Positions 52,301-64,000 of a DNA stretch of 64,000 nt are shown in pieces (positions within the stretch are counted from its first letter, which is position 1; the number at the start of each line of letters is the position of its first letter). The position numbers and the translations under genes are program-made. This stretch comes from Adineta vaga (taxonomy: Eukaryota; Animalia; Rotifera): contig CP075492.1 of the NCBI GenBank assembly GCA_021613535.1, positions 7,316,001-7,380,000 on the forward strand, in the 5' to 3' direction. A model generated the notes under the pieces. The model did not search any database. It worked only from the letters and a program-made list of their open reading frames with translations, and had not been told where the DNA came from.

Positions 52301-53274
52301 CAAGAGGAACAAAAGAAAATTGATGAAGCCGAATCCTTAAATGAAGATGAACAATATGAAAAAGAACAATTACTTCAACAAGGTTTCTGTAATTGGACAA
52401 AACGAGATTTCAATCAATTTATCAAAGCAAATGAAAAATATGGTCGTGATGATCTCGATGCTATCTGTCGTGATGTTGAAGGTAAAACACCTGATGAAGT
52501 TATGTCCTATGCAAGAGTATTTTGGGATCGTTGTCATGAATTAACTGATGTTGAACGTATTATGGCACAAATTGAACGTGGTGAAACAAAAATTCATCGA
52601 AGAATTAGTATTAAAAAAGCCCTTGATGCAAAAGTAAGTTTCAAAATGAAGCTGTGTTCATTCAGTTGAATTGATTCTTCTTATTGAAAAATTTAGATGG
52701 CTCGTTATAAAGCTCCATTTCATCAATTACGTATTCAATATAATACGAATAAAGGCAAAAATTATACGGAAGAAGAAGATCGTTTTCTACTTTGTATGTT
52801 ACATAAACTTGGTTTTGATAAAGAAAACGTTTATGAAGAACTTCGTTATGCGATTCGTCAATCACCACAATTTCGTTTTGATTGGTTTCTTAAATCACGT
52901 ACATCAATAGTATGTAATCACATGAAAAAACGCGAATTTTCTCTCTTTTCTAATCGATCTCTTATTTAATTTAGGAATTACAACGACGTTTAAATACATT
53001 AATTACATTTGTTGAACGAGAAAATCAAGAACTCGAAGAACGCGAACGAGCTGAAAAGAAAAAAGGACGTACATCATCGAAAAACACCAATGCACTTAAC
53101 TCATCACAAAATTCTCAATCAACATCTGTTGCAAAGGTTTGTCATGTTTTTATCTATAAAAAATTTCTTCTTATAAATTCATCAATTATTTAGATCAATG
53201 GCAATCAAAAACGTAAACCTGATGCTTTTGTCAATGCATCGAATAGTTCGCCAGCTAAACGAAAGAAGAAATGA
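49365..53274 (+). CDS. ISWI: ISWI chromatin-remodelling ATPase
   Basis: [44 protein letters not shown] and HAND-SANT-SLIDE ([24 protein letters not shown]). TGA at 53272-53274. Confidence 0.98.
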
Positions 53275-55279
53275 TCTTATTTTTTTACATATATAATATA
53301 AATGTCATATCTTGGCTCTATTCAGATTTCTTTCTTTTGTAACAAACAAAAAAAAACAAAATTTCAAATTAAAAATAATTTGTATGTGTGTTGTTATGTC
53401 TAACTGTTGTTGTTGTTGTTCGTTTTTTTCCTCTTATTCATTGAGATCGACAAAATGTCGAGTGGAAACAATTTTTTTTTGATGATTTATCAATAAATAA
53501 GTCATGAATTCTGCACTAGTATCACGAAAGAAACTTATTGGATTATTTTTATCATCGATTGTTAATAAGAGGAAAAAAAATGTTATTCGTTCTTTCGACT
53601 TCATACAGAATCATATCTTCGTGTATTCTTTTCAGACAAAAAAATCACTTATATATCATCATACGATATATGAATAACCAATAAGATTTATCTGTAAATG
53701 ATTTTAATCTTATTCCTAGTTTCTGTTTTTTTCTTCCCATAAAACCTCAATATCTCATCGAATGAATACATAGCATATCATTTCGCATGTATTTAACATT
53801 CTGTGAAGTAAAATGATAAGACGTTTCGCACATATTCATCTTACTATAAACTTGAATCGACATATTTTGTATTCTCTTCATTTGATATTCTTTCATAAGT
53901 AATGAGTTTTTTCATTAAATAAATTGTATGCACATTTTTCTTCAATGAAAAAAGAAAATATATGTTCGTGACTGTTTAAACCTTCTTAGATATTCCAAAA
54001 AGAAAACCTGACAAAGACAATATGAAAAAAAAAGTAACACTATATAGTAAAGCGAGAAGATGAAAAAAAGCTTTTATGTAATTAATTATTATAAGACTTG
54101 ATTAAAAATTGATTCGAAAATCGACTTCAAAATAAACGAAATCATAACATGAAGAGTCTATCTCTGCTTCTTCTTTATGTTATTATTGCTGATGATTATT
54201 GCCTAGAGATGATTATTGTTTATATGAATTATGTCGGTAGAAAGAGAGCAATTTCTTTGATTTGATCATTATTTTAACTGTGTAATTGACTTTTTAATAA
54301 TTATAATGCAAAGTTAGATTGGTTGATTAATCATCTAAGACAAATAGAAGGAAGAAAGAAAGAAACAAAAAAAATGATGTGTAATTTTGTCTACTAAATT
54401 GATGTTCTCCGGCTAAATGTAAGTAACAACATTCATACATATATATATATATATATATATGTATCTACGACCATCAAAAGCAATCTAGTAGAACATTGTC
54501 GACAAGACTTTTCCGTCATGCATATACAAACCAAGATTTGATTGCACCAATCTTCTCTATAAGAGAAGCGAGCAGAAAAAAAACCGATGAGATATGTATG
54601 AAGCGCTCGATGTCTGTCTGTCAGTTCTTGTATGATAATAATAATAATAATAATGATGATGATGATAATGATGATGATTTTTTGCCTTGCCTAGCTATGT
54701 CTTTAGCAAGCCGTACTATTATCATTTACATTCATTTCATCTCATATCATACTCATCATCATTCGTCGTCGAGCTAACAATAAGCCCACTGTATAATCGA
54801 CATTAACAACTAGACGTCAACGTTAATCTTGCATTTCTTTTCTCTTCTCCTGCTCTCATATTTTTCTTTATTTCTTTCGTTTACATGCTCTAATAGCAAG
54901 AGAATAAGAGAAAAATTCAGCAAATCAGATCGCTCGTTTTGTTTGTGAATTGGACGAATCCGCATTCAGTATGCGCAAAGAAAGAAAAGAGAAGATTAAT
55001 TTTGTTTTTGATATAAACTGTTTCATGATATTAGGAGCATGTGTCTATTCCGTTCTTGCTTAATTCGGATTCGTTGAGAAAGAGAATAATGCGCGCATAT
55101 AACAGGGAGAGAGAGCAAAAAAACACATCAAGAGAGAGAGAGAGAGCAATCCACTTTTATAGTCATGCGCGCAAGAGAGCGCGTCCGTTTGTTCTCTAGC
55201 TACAGATTTTTTTTGATTAATTTTGTATAGATTATTATTACATGAAGCACATACTAGCATAAAAAACGAGAATCAAACA

Positions 55280-58200
55280 ATGGAAATTTTACGTGCTGAA
55301 ACCAATGAATTTCCTCATTTGAAAGTATGTTGATATGTAAAACTTTGTCTCTTTTTAATGTATTCGTAATTTTTATCAATTAGAATACCGATGGACCAAC
55401 AAATAGTTCATCGACATCATCATCATCATCCACGGTTGATGAAGACGAAGATAATTTTTCCAATGTGAGTATCGCGGATGACAAACGAATTGGGAGAAAA
55501 TCTCCTGTTAGTCATGAAGATAAATCGAAATCTACTGATGAACATCGATCAAATCAATCTTCACCACAACCACCGATTGTTCAATCTATTGTCAATCGAA
55601 CAACATCCACAACTGATTATACACGTCAACGAGAACGTCTAGCAAAGGAATTGAAAGATTATGAAGATCGATGGCTAGCACATCGAAATTTTCTTCTCTA
55701 TACACAAGCATTTAGTATGAAACCCGAAGATCGTGAACGTTTATTTTCGCAAATTAATTCGACAAATAATGATGAAGTGCTTTCGCGTTTATCAAAAGAA
55801 GAACGAGATCGATTTTTAACAGCTGCTTTGTATAATCAACAACAACAGAATCCATATAATTTTCATCAATATCCATGGACAACACCGCCAACAACATCAA
55901 CGCTCGTTATTCCACCAATACCGTCAACGACTACCGATCAACAGCAGCAGGCACAACAACAACAACAACAACCTAAATCACCTAGTTCAGATGATAGTGG
56001 TAATCAATCGAATTCTGGTAGTACAACAGAATGGTAAATCATTTATTTAACAATCTATCAAAATTATCATGTTCTATTTATTTATTTTTTCTCTTTCTCT
56101 CTTCTTTATTAGGACATTTGAAGAACAATTTCGTCAGGTAAGACTAGTTTTGATCAACGAGTAATCAATTAAATTTACTCGAACAGTTCCTATCTCTATC
56201 AAGATCTATCATTTTCTTTTTGCTTCTGTTTGCACATCATTTGTATAGGGCGTCTCGCTCACTCTTTGTAGACAAAATGAGTGTTGATAGCTTTGAGGCA
56301 ATAATTAATTGAAATGTTTGGTCGATGTATATAAATGGGGTGCCATAAGAGATGTAACAAAGGCTCATTCATCTATTTTCTTTTTAATAGAAGCACTTAT
56401 CTATTATTGAAGACACGCGGGTTAAGAGAGAAATCAAAACCACATCTATCTTCTCTTTTATTTTCCATAATAGTTTCATAGAGAAGGTAGATCAAGGCAA
56501 ATATGCATAGAGAGAAAGAGAAACAGAGAGAGAGAGAAAATTAATCTTCAGAAAAAAAACGAGAAAACGTTGACCATCTGTATGAATACACACATACACA
56601 TTCATTGCTTATTATTTATTGACAAGGTAATTAGAGACAAAAAAAAAGATTGATTATTTGAAATTCTTTGTCAGAATAGAGAAGAGGAAAAAAAAGTTTA
56701 TATGTATATATATTGCTTAGATAGTCTGGCATATCAACATACACACATCATCTCAGTTGATTAGATCGGAAAATAATTATCGAGCTGAAGGTTAGCAAAG
56801 ATGCTAGGCGTCTGTTTTTATTCTCATTTTTTTCTATTTATGCGTATGTATATAGATATATATATATATGTATAAAGAGAGGCGTTGTATGTCGTTGAGA
56901 AGTAAATTACAATCAGATATTGTGATCGATGTGGCTCGACTGACATTTCTGCTCGTATCTTTCTCATCAGGTTTATATAATAATAAGAAGTTTCTATCCA
57001 TCAAAAAACGTTTATGATCACGCAGCTGTTGTTTAGCTTGTAACTATCCCTTTAGACTAATTTTCTACCGATTAAGGCCGGTCAGTTTTTGTCTGATGAT
57101 CAATTTATCGTTTACATTAAAGGCAGAACATATCCATGTCAGTCATATATACATATCAACTAATTGCTTTCGAAGAAAAGAAAAGAAAGAAAAAGACACA
57201 TTAGCTTTGCTCATTTATATAAATATGTGCATCTTGAGATTATTGATGAGCTTATGTGGTTGGATCAACAATTAGTCTCATTGGGAGTTGCTCTATTGCT
57301 ATTAAGATTTGTTTCCCGAAAGAAAGAAAATGCCTGATCATCAAATAGAGAATGTCGCACGTATGGAGAGAGAGAGAGAGAGAAAAGAGGAAGCACAGCT
57401 CGAGGCTATATCGATTATTTGTTACTAATTGCATTGTTTCGAGGCAGATGGTTGACGAAGAGAGAACAAAAAAATGAGCATCTTAAAGAAAAAAAGATTT
57501 CTTTTTATGGACTATTCAATTTCAATTAAATAACAAAGAATATTCCAGCTGCTGTCAAATGAAAATCAGCTTAAAGATTATTTCTTATCCTATATGTAAG
57601 ACACGTTTATACAAACGAAGAATATTAAACGATGAACTTCATTCTCTTATCAGGTCAAATCGAGCAGAAAGTCGGTCGAGCACTTGTGTCTATAAAAAAG
57701 GAGCAAAAGAAAAAGCTTCATCGATCACAATTACAAGTTCGAAGAGATGATAGTCTTCAACGAGACAAATAAACAAATCATCGTTGTATATACGCTCGAT
57801 TAAACTGATTTCGGGAAAAGAAATAATTCCTAATGAAATTTCCTCTGTCTCAATCAATGTTAATGAAAGCAAAACGTTTTCTTTATATCTTCTCCTTTTT
57901 TTGCAGCTCTACGAATTATCTGATGAACCAAAACGCAAAGAATTTCTCGATGATCTATTTGCATTTATGCAAAAACGTGGTAAGTTTATTCTTATTGGTA
58001 GATTATTTTTTACCAATCAAAATCAAAAGAGCATATCAATATCAGTAGTCATTGCAATGATCTAAAGGAATGTTGTTCTGCTCTGTTTTTTTTCTTTTTG
58101 AAAATGATTATCGATATATCATAATAAAACAAAACATTTGACTGTTAACGGAAGTGTCGGTTAAAGTTCAAAGAAGATTGAAATCAAATCTGAATATATC

Positions 58201-60127
58201 TTCTTTGACAGGTGATTGAATGAAAGTATTTGTTTGTTAGATTTTGATGAATTATCTACTTGAAAATAAGATAAAACAAGAAATATGATGAAATCTTTCT
58301 TTCTTTCCTTCTTCAAGGTACTCCTGTTAATCGAATTCCTATTATGGCAAAACATGTTCTTGATTTATGTAAGTGAACACAGAGAGAGAGATAAATAACA
58401 ATTGAGTATCTGATTTCTTTCTGTTCTTTATTCTATTAGATGAATTATTTCGTTTGGTCGTGGGAAAAGGCGGTCTCGTAGAAGTAATTAACAAGAAATT
58501 GTGGCGTGAAGTGACGAAAGGTCTCAATTTACCAAGCTCGATTACCAGTGCTGCATTTACTTTACGTACACAGTATGTATAAATATCTTTACATTAACAT
58601 ACTTATTTATAAATAAACTTAGAGAGAAAAAGAAAGAAAGAAATTTCTACTGTTCTATTTTTCTATATGAAATAGTCAAATCGTTTATGTTGTACTAGAT
58701 CAAGCGATGTGTTAATTATATAAGTATCTCCAAATCAACATGTTTTTCATTTCTTCTATTCATTGAGATGATTTCTTTTAGTTTAATAATTAGATAACAT
58801 GTTGACATGTATCATGTGTTGCACTAATAAATCTTAATAGACAAATATAGAGGTCAACAATTTAGTCTTTACGAAAGAAAAAAAAAAGAAGATTTGTAGT
58901 TTTCTTTATTTGAGTCAATAGCCTTAGCATCTGTTGTCTATCATATGTCAATGTCTTGAACATAAATAATAAGAGATCAATTTGTTCTGGCATATCTTTC
59001 TACCTAAGACAAAGAGAGAAAGAAAAAGAGAAATGACGAATCCTTACACCATCATTAATCCTCAACTTAGCGTGTCAATGCCGTTTGTTTATAATGATTA
59101 TAGAGGAGAAAAACGATCGAAAGACTAATGATAATGGACAAAAGTATATATATATATATTATTCTTGTTTTTTATTAAGATATATGAAATATTTATATCC
59201 ATATGAATGTGAAAAATTACAATTAAGTTCACCAGGCGAATTGCAAGCTGCTATAGGTAAATAATAAATTCTATTTTACTAGAATTTTCCCCGGTATATG
59301 TTTGTTTTATTTCGTTAATTTTTATAGAAGGTAATCGACGTGAAGGACGTCGACCATCCTATGCATTTGAATATTCATCACCACCACAAATAATGCCACC
59401 ACCTCCACCTCCTCCAACAACAACATCAACAAGTGCCTTTCTTTCTAGTCCACTTGCACATAGATCATGTAAGTAAAATCTCGCTCATTGATTTTATTAT
59501 TCAAAGTTGATTTTTACAAAATCTAGTGGATCCAAATCATGGACATGAGGCTATGCAACATGCAGCAATGGCTGCTGCTGCTGCTCTTTCACATCCATTT
59601 TTTCTTGCGGCTGCAGCCGCTTCATCACGTGATGTCAATCATTCGTCACTTGAACAATCATCAACATCACGACTTCCTTCATTCGATGATCATCATCTTC
59701 ATCCTCATCATCACCAGTTACAATCACCATCACCAACAAATAAGTTATTTGAACGTTCATCTACTTTAATGAAACGAAGTCTCTCACCATCATTTCTTTC
59801 TCGACAAACAAATGATGATAATATTAACTCACCGATGAAAAAATCGACTACATCGTTCAATAATCTACGTTCAACATGTTTTACACCAGTGACAGCAAAT
59901 TCTTTATCATCATCATCATCATTATTATCACCCGTCAGTAAACTGAAAATCATTGCAAAAGGTAAATGCCATATTCTGAAACATCTTCATCAATGACGAT
60001 TTTCCAATTCATCTTTTTAGAAAATAATTCTGAACAACAACAATCGATTACAATTTCAATTGAACTAAATGGTATTGCTTATCAAGGAACATTGTATGCA
60101 ACAACCGTAACTACGAATAAAGAGTGA
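55280..60127 (+). CDS. ARID3: ARID3/dead ringer (retained) transcription factor
   Basis: Spliced WTFEEQFRQLYELSDEPKRKEFLDDLFAFMQKRGTPVNRIPIMAKHVLDLYELFRLVVGKGGLVEVINKKLWREVTKGLNLPSSITSAAFTLRTQYMKYLYPYEC, plus a REKLES-like SIELNGIAYQGTLYA. Confidence 0.96.
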
Positions 60128-60519
60128 ACATAGATGGACGCTTTTCAATTCGACATATTTTTCTTCAAAATTTTTCTTTCTGTGTTCTCTTTCGTTTCGT
60201 TTCTTCTCTTTTTTTTGTATTGACCATAATTAATGCAAAACTTTTTTCGTTTTTTTCTTTTTCTCTTCTTTGTGCATAAAATTAACAGAGTACTTCGAAT
60301 AGCGAAAAAATGATTTGTTGATTGCAAGATAATTTTATTAGTAGCTAATTCATACGAATTAGTTAAATATCAGAAACTAATGAATATTCTCCATATCTTC
60401 GAGTTTACAGAATGTAGTCACAATATCAATTTCATTTAAGACTGAAATCTAGAATAAGTAAAAGCCGCACAACGATAATATATTAATACAATAGATTGTT
60501 CTTGAAAAACAAAACCCTT

Positions 60520-61991
60520 TTAATATGTATCAACTTTAGCCATTGGTGGTACAGCTTCATCATCTATTCTTTGTTTCGTCATAGATGGTTTCGTTGGTTG
60601 AGTTCTTTGTATGCGTTCCACATCAATCACTCCATGTGCAACATTATCTAAACCACGAGCTTGATCCACTCGACTGATTCGAATGCCTATTGTCACATGC
60701 AACAATAACAATATTGTTCCAGTGCATATAGCAGAGAATCCAACGGTTACAACTATTCCTATCATTTGATATCCGAGTTGAATAACATTTCCATACAATG
60801 CACCATTTCGACCTTCACGATTAACATCAGTTTGAGAGAATATGCCAGCTAGAATTGTACCAATCAGACCGCCCAAACCGTGACAGCTGAATACATCGAG
60901 AGTATCATCGATGTGAAAGAAATGCTTTTTTCCAAATAAAAATGAATGAATAATGAAACCACCAATGAGACCAGTAAGAATTGCATAGCCTGGTTGAATA
61001 TAACCAGCAGCAGGCGTAACAACTACAAGACCAACAACTGTCGCTGAACAAATGCCAGGAATCGAGACGAAAACAGAGTTTTGCCCTCTGAATTTGCCAT
61101 GAATGATATCGAGAATAATCCAAATGATCATACTAGATGCTGCAGCTACATTTGTATTGAAAATAGCTAGAGCAGTAATGCCTAATGAGAACTATAGATA
61201 ATATGGATGTATTTAGAACAAAAATCTTACCATTGGCAACAAGTGCTGATCCACCATTAAATCCCATCCATCCCACCCATAACAATCCAGTACCTATGAT
61301 TGTGAATGGTAAATTAGTTTGTCCTGCATTGACAACATCAGGATCGAATTGTGCACGAGATCCAAGAATAAAAGCAGCAACGAGACCTGATGTTCCACTG
61401 GATGTGTGAATCACCAAGCCACCAGCAAAATCTATCACACCCATTTGACAAAGCCAACCTTGTTGAGAAAAGATCCATCGTGTCAGTGGATCATAACAAC
61501 ATGTTGTCCAAAGCAAGACGAAGATCATATATGGAACTAGTTTCATTCGACCAACGACGGCACCACTAATCAATGCAGGCGTAATGATAGCAAATGAACA
61601 TTGAAAAGCAACAAATGCTAATGATGGAATCGATTGTGGATTGAAATCATGAAGATTGTCACCAAGAAGAGATATGAGACTTGCTTTTCGTTGAATGGCG
61701 TAGTCGAATGAACCGAATGTGGAAGTGCCCGGTCCAAAAGTGAATGAATAACCGATGAGACACCATTGTACAGGAATGATAGCCATACAAACAATGGAAA
61801 GAAAGAGTTGATTGAGAAAGTTTTTATTCTCAACGAGACCACCATAGAAACAAGCGAGAGCAGGTGTCATCATATAGACTAAGGCGGTTGATGTTAATAT
61901 CTAAATGAGGATGTGTATATAGATAGAAGAATGCAAAATGAATGTATTATACCCATGCCGTATCACCATGTTGGAGCGTTGTGTGATTCAT
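60520..61991 (-). CDS. amt: Ammonium transporter, AmtB/AMT2/MEP type (introns about 61952-61901 and 61230-61182)
   Basis: MTPALACFYGGLV, FQCSFAIITPALISGA, IDFAGGLVIH, LLWVGWMGFNGGSA, IDDTLDVFSCHGLGG, GLDNVAHG. Confidence 0.96.
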
Positions 61992-63158
61992 TGTGCTTGT
62001 AAAAGATATTTTTATCTGTGAGAGGTTGTCGAGATGGACAATATGTAGATTGGTTTGAAAAAAAAGAGTAACAATTATGTTCTGAAATTCTATTCTGTAG
62101 AATTCTCGGTGATGACTTTTTTTGAGTATTTCTAAGAAATCAGAATTGTTCTGAAAAGTATGATATGTATGTGGGAAGGTGTCTAGAATATATCTAATCA
62201 AATACCGAATAAGTATTTTTCCTTACATTTATCGGATTTCTTTTTTTTTATTAATTATTTTCTTGGATTTTATTATCAACATACTTAGAATATTGATGCA
62301 CTGATGAGTTTTCATTTATAGAGATAGAAAATTCGAGTAACTGACTCAATCTCAAAGATATGTATGAGAACTGAATTAGTTCTATTTCGCCGCTAATTAA
62401 TGTTTTTCTATGTCATTTAAGAATTCTATCAGCTAAATCAGTTATGATCAAAGTCGCGAAGTCAAGGTATAGTTTACGTTTTCAATAAAATAGGCATCGC
62501 TGTTTTCATTGAAAGTACATGGAACAGAATGATCTATTTGTCATTAAAGAATAATATTATTATTCATATCAGTTGATTATATGATGCTTTTAATCAGCCG
62601 ATAGAATCAACCAAACCAACCAGTATAAAAATGAACACATATTGTTTGAAAAGGGTTAGATAATCATCGAATTCCTTTATTTCAAACACAAATAGACATG
62701 TACCGTCGACTTGTTTTAACGTGAATTTATTATTAGCTAATCGATTCATCTTTCTCCATTCGAAGATTTAATTCTTTTGACTACTTGGATAATCTCTATA
62801 GTTTAAAAAAATATGACATGAGGAGTCATATGCTAGCGGATTACGTGTTTAAATGAATATTTTAACAAATATGTCTGCTACGATCGTTAATAACACAAAA
62901 TATGATCAGTGTTCTCTCTTGATATCATCCGTCGAATGTTTGTCGTATGTTTATTACAAAATAAAAATATATCAATCGATGATGATCGAAACAAACAAGA
63001 CTATTACAAAACATAATGTCTACGTTTAATTTAAGATTCATCAAGGAAAGAAAATGAAGAAATAAGAACAATAACAATAATGACTAGGAATGAAGATAAA
63101 AAAGAGCAGAATGCATCATAATTTTCACAACAAATGAAATACATGAATACATTTAGTA

Positions 63159-63660
63159 TCAGATTGATGATGAGGACGATAGTGGAAGACGACGATCACG
63201 TTCTAAATGATGTTGTAATGATATATACAACTTATGGATCAGTGCCAACTCACCTGTGACCATAACCGCAAGTTTTTCTTGCAGCTTCGATAATTTAACA
63301 ACTTTTCGATCATACACTTCCAGTTGACCATCCGTCATGGGTGTTCCTTGTTTCATAATTTGTTTTACTCCATTGATTTCCAAACGAAGCTCCGCAATAT
63401 TGTTGATAAGAACTTGAATCTAAGAAGAGAAAAACGAGTGTAAGTTTTTGTCTCATTCTAACGAAAGTCTATATAGACTATGTTATCATGCATTAGTGGA
63501 AGCTGTTAGTAAATCAAGCACTAAAAAATATCACTTTACTTGAGTTCGCCTATAATAAATAAATGTTGTCATTACTGTTTCATTTAATTAAACATGTCAA
63601 CAGACTTACAACTGATGTAACGACATATTAGTGTACGCTTCCATTTGAATCGAATACTTT
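63159..63660 (-). CDS. 3' exons of an unidentified coiled-coil protein
   Basis: Acceptor near 63420 leads into IQVLINNIAELRLEINGVKQ...SSSSSI*. Candidate upstream donors near 63608 and 63539. Confidence 0.5.
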
Positions 63661-64000
63661 AACTTTAAATTCAAGAAGAAAAAAATTAAGTTATTTATGG
63701 ATGGCGATCCATATATATGGTCTGAATTAATTGATGCATTGGACTACTGTTGAATATAGATTTATAAGCCTCGCTTAATAAATACGAGTTAAGTTAAAAC
63801 AAGAATTTAATTTATATTAAATACAAAACTGATGTACAAAATGTTTGCGACACACTTGCTTCTCTATGAAAATTCATATAGATGACGCTAATTGTGTTGT
63901 ATGATTTAATTATGCTTCCACCGTATTCGATCCAATAGCAATTAAAAAATGATCTTTTGTTTGGCTAGGTCTGAACTAATCTGATTCTCTTCTTAATGCA

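Noticed and set aside
1-64000. Prokaryotic operon, CRISPR array or bacterial contaminant contig
   Set aside because: Conserved metazoan genes with spliceosomal introns run throughout, the foreign-looking genes carry introns, and no repeat-spacer array was seen.
1-64000. Intact transposon, rRNA or tRNA genes
   Set aside because: No transposase, reverse transcriptase or integrase motifs, terminal repeats or recognisable structural RNA seen by eye. Small ncRNAs cannot be excluded.

Overview
AT-rich eukaryotic genomic DNA with short (about 45-70 bp) GT-AG introns. The gene content (innexin, ARID3, ISWI, LRCH, NCS, plus F-box/LRR, ART-TPR, TIR, pentapeptide-repeat and orphan GPCR families, and bacterial-type genes carrying introns) points to a bdelloid rotifer; this is an inference. 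The window has two parts. Positions 1-26.6 kb are an accessory block: a CTLD-EGF-STRA6-like membrane protein, a pentapeptide-repeat protein, an FAD monooxygenase, a PPPDE-like peptidase, an F-box/LRR gene, a PsbP-like secreted protein, two GPCRs, a p97/VCP paralog lacking its D1 ring, an ARM-TIR-SAM protein, an ART-TPR protein and gene relics. Positions 26.9-60 kb hold conserved metazoan genes (P5CS, innexin, TMEM272-like, LRCH, NDUFA8, APEX1, NCS, HYPK, ISWI, ARID3), followed by an AmtB/MEP-type ammonium transporter. The most striking observation is an intact, spliced single-ring mini-p97 (N domain + D2 + DDDDLYG tail) with remodelled pore loops, located among ubiquitin-system and NAD-consuming immune-type genes. 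All family assignments come from motif recognition by eye; no database search was run.
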